DNA of 64,000 nt from Bacteroidota bacterium (GTDB lineage Bacteria > Bacteroidota > Bacteroidia > UKL13-3): contig CANGGG010000006.1 in the NCBI GenBank assembly GCA_947453415.1, forward strand, positions 2,129 to 66,128, written 5' to 3'. The notes beneath the pieces were generated by a model that was given only the letters and a program-made list of their open reading frames with translations, was not told the DNA's origin and did no database searches. The translations under genes were made by a program, and so were the position numbers. This document shows, in pieces, positions 21,086 to 30,539 of the stretch (position 1 is the first letter of the stretch; every line of letters starts with the position of its first letter).

Positions 21086-22474
21086 ATGAATAAAAAACTA
21101 AATTTATTAGATAGCATCATGCTCATCATGGGTAGCATGATAGGCTCAGGAATTTTCATAGTTTCAGCCGGAATGCTTAGCGAATTAGGAACGCCAACCA
21201 TGCTCATTTTAGCTTGGGTAGTAACTGCTATTCTTACCATTTTTGCTGCGTTAAGTTATGGCGAATTAGCCGCATTAATGCCTAAAGCCGGTGGGCAATA
21301 TGTATATTTAAAAGAAGCCTATTCCCCATTGTTTGGTTTTTTGTATGGTTGGACATTATTTACCATAATTCAAACAGGAACCATTGCTGCCGTGGCCGTG
21401 GGTTTTGCAAAATTTACAGGCGTTATTTTTCCGATTTTTAGCGAAAAAAATATTTTATTTTCTTGGATAATAAGCAATTCATATACTTTAAATATTAGTG
21501 CTGCACAACTGTTAGGCATTTCATTGATAGCACTGCTAACCATTTTCAATTTTGGGAAAGTAAAACATGCAGCCTTGCTTCAAAACGTTTTTACCATAGC
21601 TAAAATTGCTTCATTGTTGTTCATAATTTTTGCAGGTTTGTATTTTATTTTAACCAATAAACAAGTATTAGCACCCGTTCAAAACTTATCAACTCCATTA
21701 AAATTATCAACTCCATTAACTTTTAACATAGGCATTTTTGCGGCAGCATTAGTAGGCTCCATTTTTAGTGCAGATGCTTGGAACAACATTACTTTTACAG
21801 CAGGTGAAATAGAAAATCCTAAGCGAAATTTACCTTTATCGTTATTAATTGGAACAGGAAGTGTTTTGTTTTTATATGTATTGATCAATTTTATTTACAT
21901 CAATGCACTTTCTATTTCCGAAATTCAACATGCAGAACAAAGCAGGGTTGGTACATTATTATTACAAAAAGTTTTTGGCGATAATGGTGCAATTATCATG
22001 GCAGTGTTAATTATGGTGTCAACTTTTGGTTGCGTGAATGGAATCATTTTAAGCGGTTCACGCGTTTATAAAGTAATGGCCGATGAAGGATTGTTTTTTA
22101 AACAAGCCAGCGAATTAAACAAACATCAATCGCCACAAAAATCATTGATTTACCAAGGAATTTGGGCAAGCATATTAGTGCTTTCTGGTTCTTATGGCGA
22201 CTTGCTGGATTATGTAGTATTTGCAGTTTTAATATTCTATATTTTAACAGTTGGTGCTGTATTTGTTTTACGCAAAAAATTGCCAAATGCTGAACGACCT
22301 TATCAAGTAATTGCTTATCCAATATTGCCAGCGGTATACATCATTATGGCAATCATCATTTGCGTAAGTTTATTGATTTTTAAAACAGCTTTTGCCTTTT
22401 CTGGCTTGTGTTTGGTATTATTAGGAGTACCCGTTTATTATATTTTAAAAAAGAAAAATGGTCAAAATAATTAG
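21086..22474 (+). CDS. APC family amino acid permease
   Basis: GSMIGSGIF, SYGELAA.MPKAGGQY.YL, AGEIENPKRNLP, RPY; ~12 TM helices. Confidence 0.93.
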   Translation: MNKKLNLLDSIMLIMGSMIGSGIFIVSAGMLSELGTPTMLILAWVVTAILTIFAALSYGELAALMPKAGGQYVYLKEAYSPLFGFLYGWTLFTIIQTGTIAAVAVGFAKFTGVIFPIFSEKNILFSWIISNSYTLNISAAQLLGISLIALLTIFNFGKVKHAALLQNVFTIAKIASLLFIIFAGLYFILTNKQVLAPVQNLSTPLKLSTPLTFNIGIFAAALVGSIFSADAWNNITFTAGEIENPKRNLPLSLLIGTGSVLFLYVLINFIYINALSISEIQHAEQSRVGTLLLQKVFGDNGAIIMAVLIMVSTFGCVNGIILSGSRVYKVMADEGLFFKQASELNKHQSPQKSLIYQGIWASILVLSGSYGDLLDYVVFAVLIFYILTVGAVFVLRKKLPNAERPYQVIAYPILPAVYIIMAIIICVSLLIFKTAFAFSGLCLVLLGVPVYYILKKKNGQNN

Positions 22475-23570
22475 TCTTTATTTTCTAATTTTATTTTCTA
22501 ATTTTTGCTTTGCAAGCAATGATTCATTGTGGTATAAAAACACTTCATATTTTTTGAGAACAAATTTGCATCATGGATTTATTTGGTCGCATTCAGCCAG
22601 CGCAGAACATTCAAGTAATGCATTGGTATTGGGTTTGGAATTTGAATTACTTCGAAAACGTAACGATAATTTCGATAGTCACTTTAACAAAAAAGGATTT
22701 TTAACGGGATTTGGAATCAATTATTTTTATTTTGACAATACCATTTTTGGTAACAATGTAAATGCATTTTATACCTTAGAATCTACCTTCATTAAAACAA
22801 AAAAACTTAATTTGGGAATCAAAGCAAATGGTGGATTTAATTTTGTGAGCAATCCGTATGATAAAATTTCAAATCCATTAAACAGGTCGTTTAGCAGTTA
22901 TATTAATTTTTATTTAGGATTAGGATTAGTTGCTAATTATAAAATAAATGATGCAAATGAAATAAGCGCCAAAGTAATGCTGAATCATTTTTCAAATGGC
23001 GGAAATAAAAGTCCTAATTTAGGTGTAAATTTTTTTACAGCAGCTTTATCCTACCAAATTAACATTGCGCCTAATGTTTCAAAACCACTAGATTTAAAGA
23101 GAAGAAACGGACCATTTGAAAGCAAAAATAATTGGCAAATAGCGGCTTATGCAACTTATAAAAATACACCAGTAAGTTTGGATAAATATTTTTGGGTAAA
23201 TGGAATTGCAATGAGTTATCATCATCCATTTGGCATAAAAAAAGCGCATGCTTTGGTGCTTGGCGCAGAATTGATCAACGATCAATCAATTGAATATAGA
23301 ATGTGGTTTGATAAACGTGATTCGTTAAATTATTTGAGAGTTGGTTCTTTAATTGGACACGAGTTTTTATTCCACCGATTTACTTGGGGACAATATTTTG
23401 GGGTGTATTTATACAAAGAAGTGCCTTATTTTAACTGGATTTACCACAGGCATACCATTGCTTATAAAATAAATAAAAATTGGAGTGTAGGTGTTTCATT
23501 ATTTGCAAATAACCAAAATGCAAATTTTACAGATTATAGAGTTATTTATAGATGGAATACAAAAAAATAA
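22458..23570 (+). CDS. Acyloxyacyl hydrolase / PagL-like outer-membrane protein
   Basis: HFSNG...PNLGVN PagL-type catalytic motif; beta-barrel strands. Confidence 0.75.
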   Translation: MVKIISLYFLILFSNFCFASNDSLWYKNTSYFLRTNLHHGFIWSHSASAEHSSNALVLGLEFELLRKRNDNFDSHFNKKGFLTGFGINYFYFDNTIFGNNVNAFYTLESTFIKTKKLNLGIKANGGFNFVSNPYDKISNPLNRSFSSYINFYLGLGLVANYKINDANEISAKVMLNHFSNGGNKSPNLGVNFFTAALSYQINIAPNVSKPLDLKRRNGPFESKNNWQIAAYATYKNTPVSLDKYFWVNGIAMSYHHPFGIKKAHALVLGAELINDQSIEYRMWFDKRDSLNYLRVGSLIGHEFLFHRFTWGQYFGVYLYKEVPYFNWIYHRHTIAYKINKNWSVGVSLFANNQNANFTDYRVIYRWNTKK

Positions 23571-24146
23571 TTATTTTTTCCAGCGTTCGGAAACTTCTAA
23601 ATTGTAGTTTATAAAATCCAAAACTCCTTTGTCGTAAATTGCATTTCCTAATGAATTTCCATTTTCGTCTAATACATCTTTTGTAAAATGCGATTCAAAT
23701 ATTTTAGGGGAAATAAATGAATAACTGTTACTAAAACTTACTAATTTACCAACTACTTGTGACAATTGTAAGCAAGGCATTTTACCTCCTTTTCCCGAGG
23801 ATACGCCAATAAATGCAAAAGTTTTTTCATTGAATAAATCAATAAAATCCTTCACCCCTATTGCATTATACATGTTTAATAATTCAGGTGTTGCACTCCA
23901 GTTATATTCTGGCGAAATGGTAATGACCAAATCGGCATTTCGCCAATTAGTTATCAAATTTTCCTGAAAAGTAGTCAAATTATTTTCATCTACTTTTCCT
24001 TGATTAATTAATGGTAAATCATAAAAAGTAAAATCAACCACACTGCTTAAATGGTTCAAGTTTTTTAACTGCAATTGGATGGCTTTTGCCACGCGTAAAG
24101 TATTATTATTTGCTCTGGCCGAGCCACTGATGATTGCTACGTTCAT
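23571..24146 (-). CDS. NADPH-dependent FMN reductase
   Basis: IISGSAR...NT, SPEYNWS, GVSSG.GG flavodoxin-fold motifs. Confidence 0.88.
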   Translation of the reverse strand: MNVAIISGSARANNNTLRVAKAIQLQLKNLNHLSSVVDFTFYDLPLINQGKVDENNLTTFQENLITNWRNADLVITISPEYNWSATPELLNMYNAIGVKDFIDLFNEKTFAFIGVSSGKGGKMPCLQLSQVVGKLVSFSNSYSFISPKIFESHFTKDVLDENGNSLGNAIYDKGVLDFINYNLEVSERWKK

Positions 24147-24155
24147 TTAAAATAT

Positions 24156-25058
24156 TTAGTTTGTAAACTTTTTAACAAAACGATAGATGTTAAAGTTTTG
24201 CTGATTGCTAATTTGTTGGAGTTCGTTTAAAATTTGCTCAAAATTTAAATCTTTAACTCTTTGATTTTTAATTAGCATCACTGCTTTTTCAGCCAATAAT
24301 AAATTCTTTTTATCAAATAAATTATCTGCATGCTGGTGTTTAATAATTGCCAATTCTAATGCTTGCATTCCTTCATATTTGTGAGCAATAGTTTTTACAA
24401 CAGGCGTTTCCCAATCGCTGGTAGCGTTACCATGAGTTAGTGCACACAAATTTTTATAAAAAGTATCCGCACCATTCCTATCCGATTTATTTAAAACAAA
24501 AACATCGGCAATTTCCATTACACCACTTTTGATGGTTTGAATGTCATCGCCAGCTTCAGGTACTAAAACCAAAACAGTGGTATCGGCTAAACTAGCTATT
24601 TCCACTTCACTTTGGCCTACACCCACAGTTTCAATGATTACATAATCAAAATTAGCCGCACGAATTAAATCAGCTACTTCAAAAATTTTAGGAGACAATC
24701 CGCCCAAACTTCCTCGGGTGGCCATGCTTCTAATAAAAATATTTGGGTTTAAAAAATGTTCCTCCATTCTTAACCTATCGCCCATTAATGAACCTTTATT
24801 AAAAGGCGAACTTGGGTCAACGGCAATGATGGCTACTTTTTTGTTTTGGCTTAATAAATGTTTTGCAAACGCATTGATTAGAGTACTTTTACCTGCACCA
24901 GGTGGGCCTGTAACACCAATAATTGGAACTTTTTTATTAAAATTTATTCCTTCTAAAAGTGATTCATAGCCTTCACTATTATTTTCTACTAATGAAATTG
25001 CGCGAGCTAAAGCACGTTTATTTCCATTTTGTAAATCAACTAATAACTGTGAAAACAT
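24156..25058 (-). CDS. meaB: Methylmalonyl-CoA mutase-associated GTPase MeaB/ArgK
   Basis: GVTGPPGAGKST, AVDPSSP, GDRLRM, ETVGVGQSE, NKSD. Confidence 0.93.
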   Translation of the reverse strand: MFSQLLVDLQNGNKRALARAISLVENNSEGYESLLEGINFNKKVPIIGVTGPPGAGKSTLINAFAKHLLSQNKKVAIIAVDPSSPFNKGSLMGDRLRMEEHFLNPNIFIRSMATRGSLGGLSPKIFEVADLIRAANFDYVIIETVGVGQSEVEIASLADTTVLVLVPEAGDDIQTIKSGVMEIADVFVLNKSDRNGADTFYKNLCALTHGNATSDWETPVVKTIAHKYEGMQALELAIIKHQHADNLFDKKNLLLAEKAVMLIKNQRVKDLNFEQILNELQQISNQQNFNIYRFVKKFTN

Positions 25059-25072
25059 ACGAATAAATTATT

Positions 25073-25780
25073 TTAGCAAACTAAAGTTCCAACGGTTTCA
25101 CCTTGACAAACTTTTAAAAAGTTACCTTCTTTATTCATGTCAAAAACTACAATTGCTAATTTATTTTCTTGGCAAAGTGTAATTGCAGTCATGTCCATTA
25201 CGTTTAAACCACGTTCGTAAACTTCTTGGTAACTAATGGTATCAAATTTAGTAGCATTGCTATCTTTTTCAGGATCGGCAGTATATATTCCATCCACACG
25301 TGTTCCTTTTAAAACTAACTCCGCACCCACTTCTACTGCCCTTAATGAAGCCGCTGAATCTGTTGTAAAATATGGATTTCCTGTTCCTGCTCCAAAAATT
25401 ACAACTCTACCTTTTTCTAAATGTCGGATGGCACGTCTGCGAATAAAAGGTTCACTAATTTGTTCCATTTTTATGGCAGAAAGCAATCTAGTTTTGATAC
25501 CATATTTTTCAAAAGCACCTTGCAAAGCCATGGCATTGATAACAGTTGCAAGCATTCCCATATAATCTCCTTGCGCCCTATCAACTATTCCTCCAGCCAC
25601 ACCTTGTACACCTCTAAAAATATTACCACCACCAATAACAACGGCAACTTCCACACCCATATCAGCAACTTGTTTTACTTCACGGGCATATTGTTCTAAT
25701 ATTTTAGGATCAATACCATATTGTTGATCGCCCATTAAGGCTTCACCACTTAATTTTAAGAGTACGCGTTTATATTTCAT
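25073..25780 (-). CDS. pyrH: Uridylate kinase
   Basis: [34 protein letters not shown]. Confidence 0.98.
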   Translation of the reverse strand: MKYKRVLLKLSGEALMGDQQYGIDPKILEQYAREVKQVADMGVEVAVVIGGGNIFRGVQGVAGGIVDRAQGDYMGMLATVINAMALQGAFEKYGIKTRLLSAIKMEQISEPFIRRRAIRHLEKGRVVIFGAGTGNPYFTTDSAASLRAVEVGAELVLKGTRVDGIYTADPEKDSNATKFDTISYQEVYERGLNVMDMTAITLCQENKLAIVVFDMNKEGNFLKVCQGETVGTLVC

Positions 25781-25832
25781 TTTGAATATTTTTATAAAAT
25801 TAACAATAATTTATTAAATGCAATAATAGTAC

Positions 25833-25861
25833 AAAAAAAAAGTCCCTTGTGAGGGACTTTT
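25833..25861 (-). terminator. Intrinsic terminator after tsf
   Basis: AAAAGTCCCT-TGTG-AGGGACTTTT with a long A tract (U tract on the minus strand). Confidence 0.75.
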
Positions 25862-25871
25862 AAAGATTTTA

Positions 25872-26702
25872 TTAACCAAGTGCTACTCGCTTGAAAGCTT
25901 TAACTGTTAGGCCTTTTTCAATACTATCTAACATTTGTGTTATAGTTTTAGAACTATCTTTTACAAATTCTTGATTTAAAAGTGTATTATCTTTATAGAA
26001 TTTACCTAATTTACCTTGAGCAATTTTTTCTAACATGGCTTCTGGTTTACCTTCGGCAATGGCTTGATCTTTTCCAATTTGAATTTCACGTTCAATGATT
26101 GAAGCATCCACGCCATCTTTATCTAATGCAATTGGATTCATTGCTGCAATTTGCATGGCAACATCTTTTCCAGCTACAAAATTTGCATCGCTAGCAGCGT
26201 TGTTTAGTGAAACTAAAACACCTAAACGATTAGCAGCATGAATATAAGGAACAATGTTTTCACCTTCCATGATTACATAATTGATCACATCAATTTTTTC
26301 ACCAATTTTACCAACTTGCTCTAATAATTTTTCTGATAATGGTAAGCCATCCATTGTTAATGCTTTTAAAGCATCAACGTTAGCAGCTTTATTAGCTAAA
26401 GCTAAATCAGCAATTTGATTTGCAAAAGCAACGAAATCTTCATTTTTTGCAACGAAATCAGTTTCACAAGTTAAGTGAATAATAACTCCTAATTTTTTAT
26501 CTGCTGAAGTTTTTGCAATAACTGCACCTTCTTTGGCATCTCTATCCGCACGAGCAGCTGAAACTTTAGCTCCTCTTTTACGTAATAAATCAACTGCTGC
26601 TTCAAAATCACCATTGGTTTCAGTTAAAGCTTTTTTACAATCCATCATTCCTGAACCAGTCATTTGGCGTAATTTGTTTACATCTGCTGCTGTAATCGAC
26701 AT
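25872..26702 (-). CDS. tsf: Elongation factor Ts
   Basis: LRQMTGSGMMDCKKAL, CETDFVA, AMQIAAMNP. Confidence 0.98.
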   Translation of the reverse strand: MSITAADVNKLRQMTGSGMMDCKKALTETNGDFEAAVDLLRKRGAKVSAARADRDAKEGAVIAKTSADKKLGVIIHLTCETDFVAKNEDFVAFANQIADLALANKAANVDALKALTMDGLPLSEKLLEQVGKIGEKIDVINYVIMEGENIVPYIHAANRLGVLVSLNNAASDANFVAGKDVAMQIAAMNPIALDKDGVDASIIEREIQIGKDQAIAEGKPEAMLEKIAQGKLGKFYKDNTLLNQEFVKDSSKTITQMLDSIEKGLTVKAFKRVALG

Positions 26703-26782
26703 ATATTTTTGTTTATTTTTTATTTAAATTTTTTGAAAAACTCGGAAATTTTGATTAAAATTCATCAAATTCCATTTTGTAA

Positions 26783-26818
26783 AAAAGAGAATTTGAACCT
26801 AAATCCAAATTCTCTTTT
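26783..26818 (-). terminator. Hairpin between rpsB and tsf
   Basis: AAAAGAGAATTTG-N10-CAAATTCTCTTTT. Confidence 0.65.
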
Positions 26819-26848
26819 CCTTAACAATTATTATAAAAGTTTTATAAA

Positions 26849-27604
26849 TTAAGCTTCAGTTGTTTCAGTTTCTGCCACAACAATTGTTTCTTTATCGCTT
26901 TCTTTTTCTTTATCGCTTTTACGTTCAGCCATACCTTCAACAATTGCATCAGTTAAGTATTTAGTAATTAATGCGATTGATTTTGCTGCATCGTCATTTG
27001 CTGGAATTGGATAATCAATATTGTTTGGATCAGTATTGGTATCAACTAAAGCAAAAGTTGGAATATTTAAACGCATTGCCTCAGCAACTGCTAAATGTTC
27101 GCGTTTTGCATCAACTATAATTAAAGCAGCAGGCGTGCGATTCATATCCGCAATTCCACCAACTAATCTAGTTAATTTTTCTTTTTCTCTGTCTAACATT
27201 AAACGCTCTTTTTTGTTGATATTAGTATAAGTACCATCGATACCCATCTTTTCAATCATTTGCATTTTTTTGATAGACTTACGAACAGTTTGGAAGTTAG
27301 TTAACATTCCACCTAACCAACGTTCAGTTACGTAAGGCATGTTAACACGTTTAGCTTCAGCTTCAATAATTTCTTTAGCCTGTTTTTTAGTTGCCACAAA
27401 CATTACTTTGCGACCAGAGCGAATGATATTTTTTAATGCGTGAGCAGCTTCTTCTAATTTAACTGCAGTTTTATTTAAATCTATTAAGTGAATACCGTTC
27501 TTTTCCATGAAAATATACGGTGCCATTTTAGGGCTCCACTTACGGGTAAGGTGACCAAAGTGCACACCTGCTTCCAATAATTCTTCTTGAGTAATTTTTG
27601 CCAT
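26849..27604 (-). CDS. rpsB: 30S ribosomal protein S2
   Basis: [31 protein letters not shown]. Confidence 0.98.
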   Translation of the reverse strand: MAKITQEELLEAGVHFGHLTRKWSPKMAPYIFMEKNGIHLIDLNKTAVKLEEAAHALKNIIRSGRKVMFVATKKQAKEIIEAEAKRVNMPYVTERWLGGMLTNFQTVRKSIKKMQMIEKMGIDGTYTNINKKERLMLDREKEKLTRLVGGIADMNRTPAALIIVDAKREHLAVAEAMRLNIPTFALVDTNTDPNNIDYPIPANDDAAKSIALITKYLTDAIVEGMAERKSDKEKESDKETIVVAETETTEA

Positions 27605-27622
27605 TTTATGTGTACCTTTTGA

Positions 27623-28009
27623 TTAACGTTTAACAAATTGGAAACGCTTACGAGCTTTTTTCTGACCAGGTTTTTTACGTTCAACCATTCTTGGATCACG
27701 TGTTGTTAAACCAACTGCTTTTAAGGCAGGTTTCAGTTCTGCATCGAATTTTACAAGCGCTCTTGTAATTCCTAAACTAACTGCTTCGGATTGGCCTGAT
27801 GTTCCACCACCATTCACAAGTACTCTTACATCATACTGACCAACAGTGTTGGTAACCTCAAAAGGTTTTAAAGCAGCATTTTGCATTACAAGTGATGGAA
27901 AGTATACTTTCACATCTTTACCGTTTACCGTTACATTGCCCGTTCCTACTGATAGGTACACTCGAGCAACAGCAGTTTTTCTTCTTCCTAGTGCGTTATT
28001 CACTTCCAT
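27623..28009 (-). CDS. rpsI: 30S ribosomal protein S9
   Basis: GRRKTAVARV, GGG.SGQ, TRDPRMVERKKPG..KAR...QF.KR. Confidence 0.98.
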   Translation of the reverse strand: MEVNNALGRRKTAVARVYLSVGTGNVTVNGKDVKVYFPSLVMQNAALKPFEVTNTVGQYDVRVLVNGGGTSGQSEAVSLGITRALVKFDAELKPALKAVGLTTRDPRMVERKKPGQKKARKRFQFVKR

Positions 28010-28011
28010 TT

Positions 28012-28455
28012 TTAAAATTTAAGTTCTTTTGGTTGTTGAGGAGCATGAGGATGTTCTGCACCTTCATAAACATAAAGGTTGCGGAATATTTCAGCGCCCA
28101 ATTTGTTTTTAGGTAACATACCTTTTATTGCATGTTCTACAACGTAAGTTGGTCTACGAACCAATAACTGCTTTGCAGTTTCAGTTCTCAATCCACCTGG
28201 ATGACCAGAGTAGAATTTGTATTCTTTATCGTTTAATTTATTTCCAGTAAAGCGTACTTTACTAGCGTTGACAACTATAATATTATCTCCACAATCAACA
28301 TTTGGTGTAAAGTTTACTTTGTTCTTTCCACGCAACATGTTTGCTAATCTTGTAGAGAAACGTCCTACAGTTTGTCCCTCAGCGTCAAATACATACCAGT
28401 CTTTATTGACAGTAGCTTTGTTTGCCGATATTGTTTTGTAACTCAATGAATCCAC
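28012..28455 (-). CDS. rplM: 50S ribosomal protein L13
   Basis: WYVFDA, LRGKNK..FTP.VDCGD, GMLPKNKLG, HPHAPQQP. Confidence 0.98.
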   Translation of the reverse strand: MDSLSYKTISANKATVNKDWYVFDAEGQTVGRFSTRLANMLRGKNKVNFTPNVDCGDNIIVVNASKVRFTGNKLNDKEYKFYSGHPGGLRTETAKQLLVRRPTYVVEHAIKGMLPKNKLGAEIFRNLYVYEGAEHPHAPQQPKELKF

Positions 28456-28481
28456 AGCTTTATTCTTTTTTTTAAGGGTGG

Positions 28482-28489
28482 CAAAAGTA
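28482..28489 (-). promoter_or_regulatory. Bacteroidota -7 promoter element of the rplM operon
   Basis: TACTTTTG(C) on the minus strand ~27 nt upstream of rplM. Confidence 0.65.
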
Positions 28490-28724
28490 TATCATTATGT
28501 TTACAATAACAAACACTTGTAGAAAAAATTGTAAAAAAAGTTTAAAATAATTCAATTTAACTTAATTTTCTAATTTCTAGAATATTATACTTCACCTATT
28601 TTTTTAAATGAGCGCAATGATAATCAAACTTTTTATAAATTGACTTGAAAATTGCTATTTAGAAATATTATTTGCTTTGGAAAAAGCACTTTTTGGGATG
28701 AAATTTTAAAACTCATAATATAAC

Positions 28725-28775
28725 AACCGTCTGACGCCTACCTAAACTTATACCTTTGCTCAATCGTTTGACGGT
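28725..28775. repeat. REP-like element, diverged solo copy
   Basis: AACCGTCTGACG...CAATCGTTTGACGGT; same family as the 61-bp units at 29805-29917. Confidence 0.8.
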
Positions 28776-28780
28776 GTGTG

Positions 28781-29572
28781 TTAAAAATTCTTTTTTATTA
28801 CCTCAAAAAAACTTGGATATAAAACAGCTGATGAAGCTATTAGCGTTTTACTGAAAATATAATCATCATTCCCATCAAAGGTACTGAGCTTACCACCAGC
28901 TTGTTGAACTATAAAAGTTCCACCTGCCACATCCCACGGGTGAAGTCCATATTCAAAAAAACCATCAAATCGGCCACAAGCAGTATAAGCCAAATCAACA
29001 GCGGCACTTCCCATTCTGCGCATTCCTTGTGTATTTACCATTAAATATTTTAGTGTGGCCAAATATTTTTCCATTACCTCAAAATCGTAATAGGGAAAAC
29101 CTGTAGCCAAAAGCGATTTACTTAAATCAGGATTTTGTTTTACTTGAATAATTTGATTATTTAAATACGCCTTACTGCCTTTCCATGCATAAAACATTTC
29201 ATCTCTATTGCATTCATAAACTACGCCTAATATCAATTCTTTGTTTTGCATAAGCCCAATGCTTACACTAAAAACTGGAAGGCTATGAATAAAATTGGTA
29301 GTGCCATCCAACGGATCAATGATCCACATGAATTCTTTTTCTTCGGTGGCAATGGTATCTTCTTCTGTAATGTAACCTGCCTGCGGCAATAATTTTTGCA
29401 AACCTGCTACTAACATTTCTTCCGCAGTTTTGTCTACATAACTTACCAATTGGTTAAAGGTTTTGGTTTCCACCTTATCGTAACTAAAACCTTTGCTTTC
29501 TTTCATGATGAACTGACCAGCTATTTTAGCCAAAGTGCAAGTATCGATACATAGTTTTTCAAAATTTATCAT
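28781..29572 (-). CDS. suhB: Inositol monophosphatase family protein (SuhB-like)
   Basis: WIIDPLDGTTNF, RRMGSAAVDL, WDVAGG. Confidence 0.85.
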   Translation of the reverse strand: MINFEKLCIDTCTLAKIAGQFIMKESKGFSYDKVETKTFNQLVSYVDKTAEEMLVAGLQKLLPQAGYITEEDTIATEEKEFMWIIDPLDGTTNFIHSLPVFSVSIGLMQNKELILGVVYECNRDEMFYAWKGSKAYLNNQIIQVKQNPDLSKSLLATGFPYYDFEVMEKYLATLKYLMVNTQGMRRMGSAAVDLAYTACGRFDGFFEYGLHPWDVAGGTFIVQQAGGKLSTFDGNDDYIFSKTLIASSAVLYPSFFEVIKKNF

Positions 29573-29610
29573 GTGGTAAAAATAGTATTTATTGTTAAAT
29601 TAAACATAAT

Positions 29611-29669
29611 AAAAACCCTGAAATATTTGCACAAAGCCAGAGGCTTTGTGCAAATATTTCAGGGTTTTT
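29611..29669. repeat. Perfect 28-bp inverted repeat
   Basis: AAAAACCCTGAAATATTTGCACAAAGCC-AGA-GGCTTTGTGCAAATATTTCAGGGTTTTT. Confidence 0.95.
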
Positions 29670-29784
29670 GGGTGGGAAATTGCATTCGTTTTTTTTAACG
29701 GGTTAATCCCGATAGAGTCGGGACCGTTGTTAAAAAATGTTTCGTTCCCACGGAACTTTCTGTCTATAAATTAAAAAAAAAATT

Positions 29785-29917
29785 GTCTGACGGTAGTTAA
29801 CTTTAACCGTCTGACGCCTTTCCTAGGCTAGGCCTGCGCGCAATCGTCTGACGGTAGTTAAATTCAACCGTCTGACGCCTTTCCTAGGCTATGCCTGAGC
29901 GCAATCGTCTGACGGTT
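29785..29917. repeat. Tandem REP/BIME-like array with a 61-bp period
   Basis: Units start at 29805 and 29866 (AACCGTCTGACGCCTTTCCTAGGCTA.GCCTG.GCGCAATCGTCTGACGGT), preceded by a partial unit at 29785. Confidence 0.9.
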
Positions 29918-30538
29918 TTAATTTATGCGATATGCAATGCCAAGCAAATAAGAATTGTTTAATCCTCCTTCATTACTTACATTTAAAATGCCGCTTTGGT
30001 ATTGTCCATAAACTGCCAATTTTTTGTAACCATATGTAATATTTAAAATACCACCCATATCCCAATTATTATAACCTTTGGCTTGTTCATGATTCAGGTA
30101 TTCATGTTGCGGATTTACCCAAGCCGAAAACAAATAAGCACCATAAGCACCCGCACCTGCCAATAAATAACTAGGACCACTAAAGGTATGTTTATAATTA
30201 AAAATTAAGGGTAATTGCACATAGTGTAAATAAATATTTTCAGTGTAAGAAAGTACTTTTTCACCCACAAAATTAGTATAAATTACCTCTCTGGCCGAAC
30301 CTTTGCGCACATAACTTAAACCTACTAGTGTGTAAAATTTTTCACTCCATTTTGTTTGCAGGTGAGCACCCATTTCTAAACCTACTAGTTGTTGATTAAA
30401 CAAAGGATGATTAAATAAATTGTTTTGACTAACACCCAACTTTATAAAAAGCTGGGTGTTTTGGTAAATGCTATTAAGCTTTTGTGCACGAACTTGCAGC
30501 ATGCTTATTCCAAATAAAAATAGATAAAGTTTTTTCAT
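29918..30538 (-). CDS. Outer-membrane beta-barrel (PorT/porin family)
   Basis: Signal peptide; Y..KG...YVQLP...GAYGAYL...YQSG...GIAYR pattern. Confidence 0.8.
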   Translation of the reverse strand: MKKLYLFLFGISMLQVRAQKLNSIYQNTQLFIKLGVSQNNLFNHPLFNQQLVGLEMGAHLQTKWSEKFYTLVGLSYVRKGSAREVIYTNFVGEKVLSYTENIYLHYVQLPLIFNYKHTFSGPSYLLAGAGAYGAYLFSAWVNPQHEYLNHEQAKGYNNWDMGGILNITYGYKKLAVYGQYQSGILNVSNEGGLNNSYLLGIAYRIN

Positions 30539-30539
30539 G

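Noticed and set aside
25236-28441. Short plus-strand and alternate-frame ORFs over pyrH, tsf, rpsB, rpsI and rplM
   Set aside because: Shadow ORFs of conserved genes; the same applies to the other 60-125-aa ORFs nested within long CDSs across the window.
29785-29917. Possible CRISPR array
   Set aside because: Whole 61-bp units repeat with no unique spacers, there are only ~2.3 units, and no cas genes are in the window.
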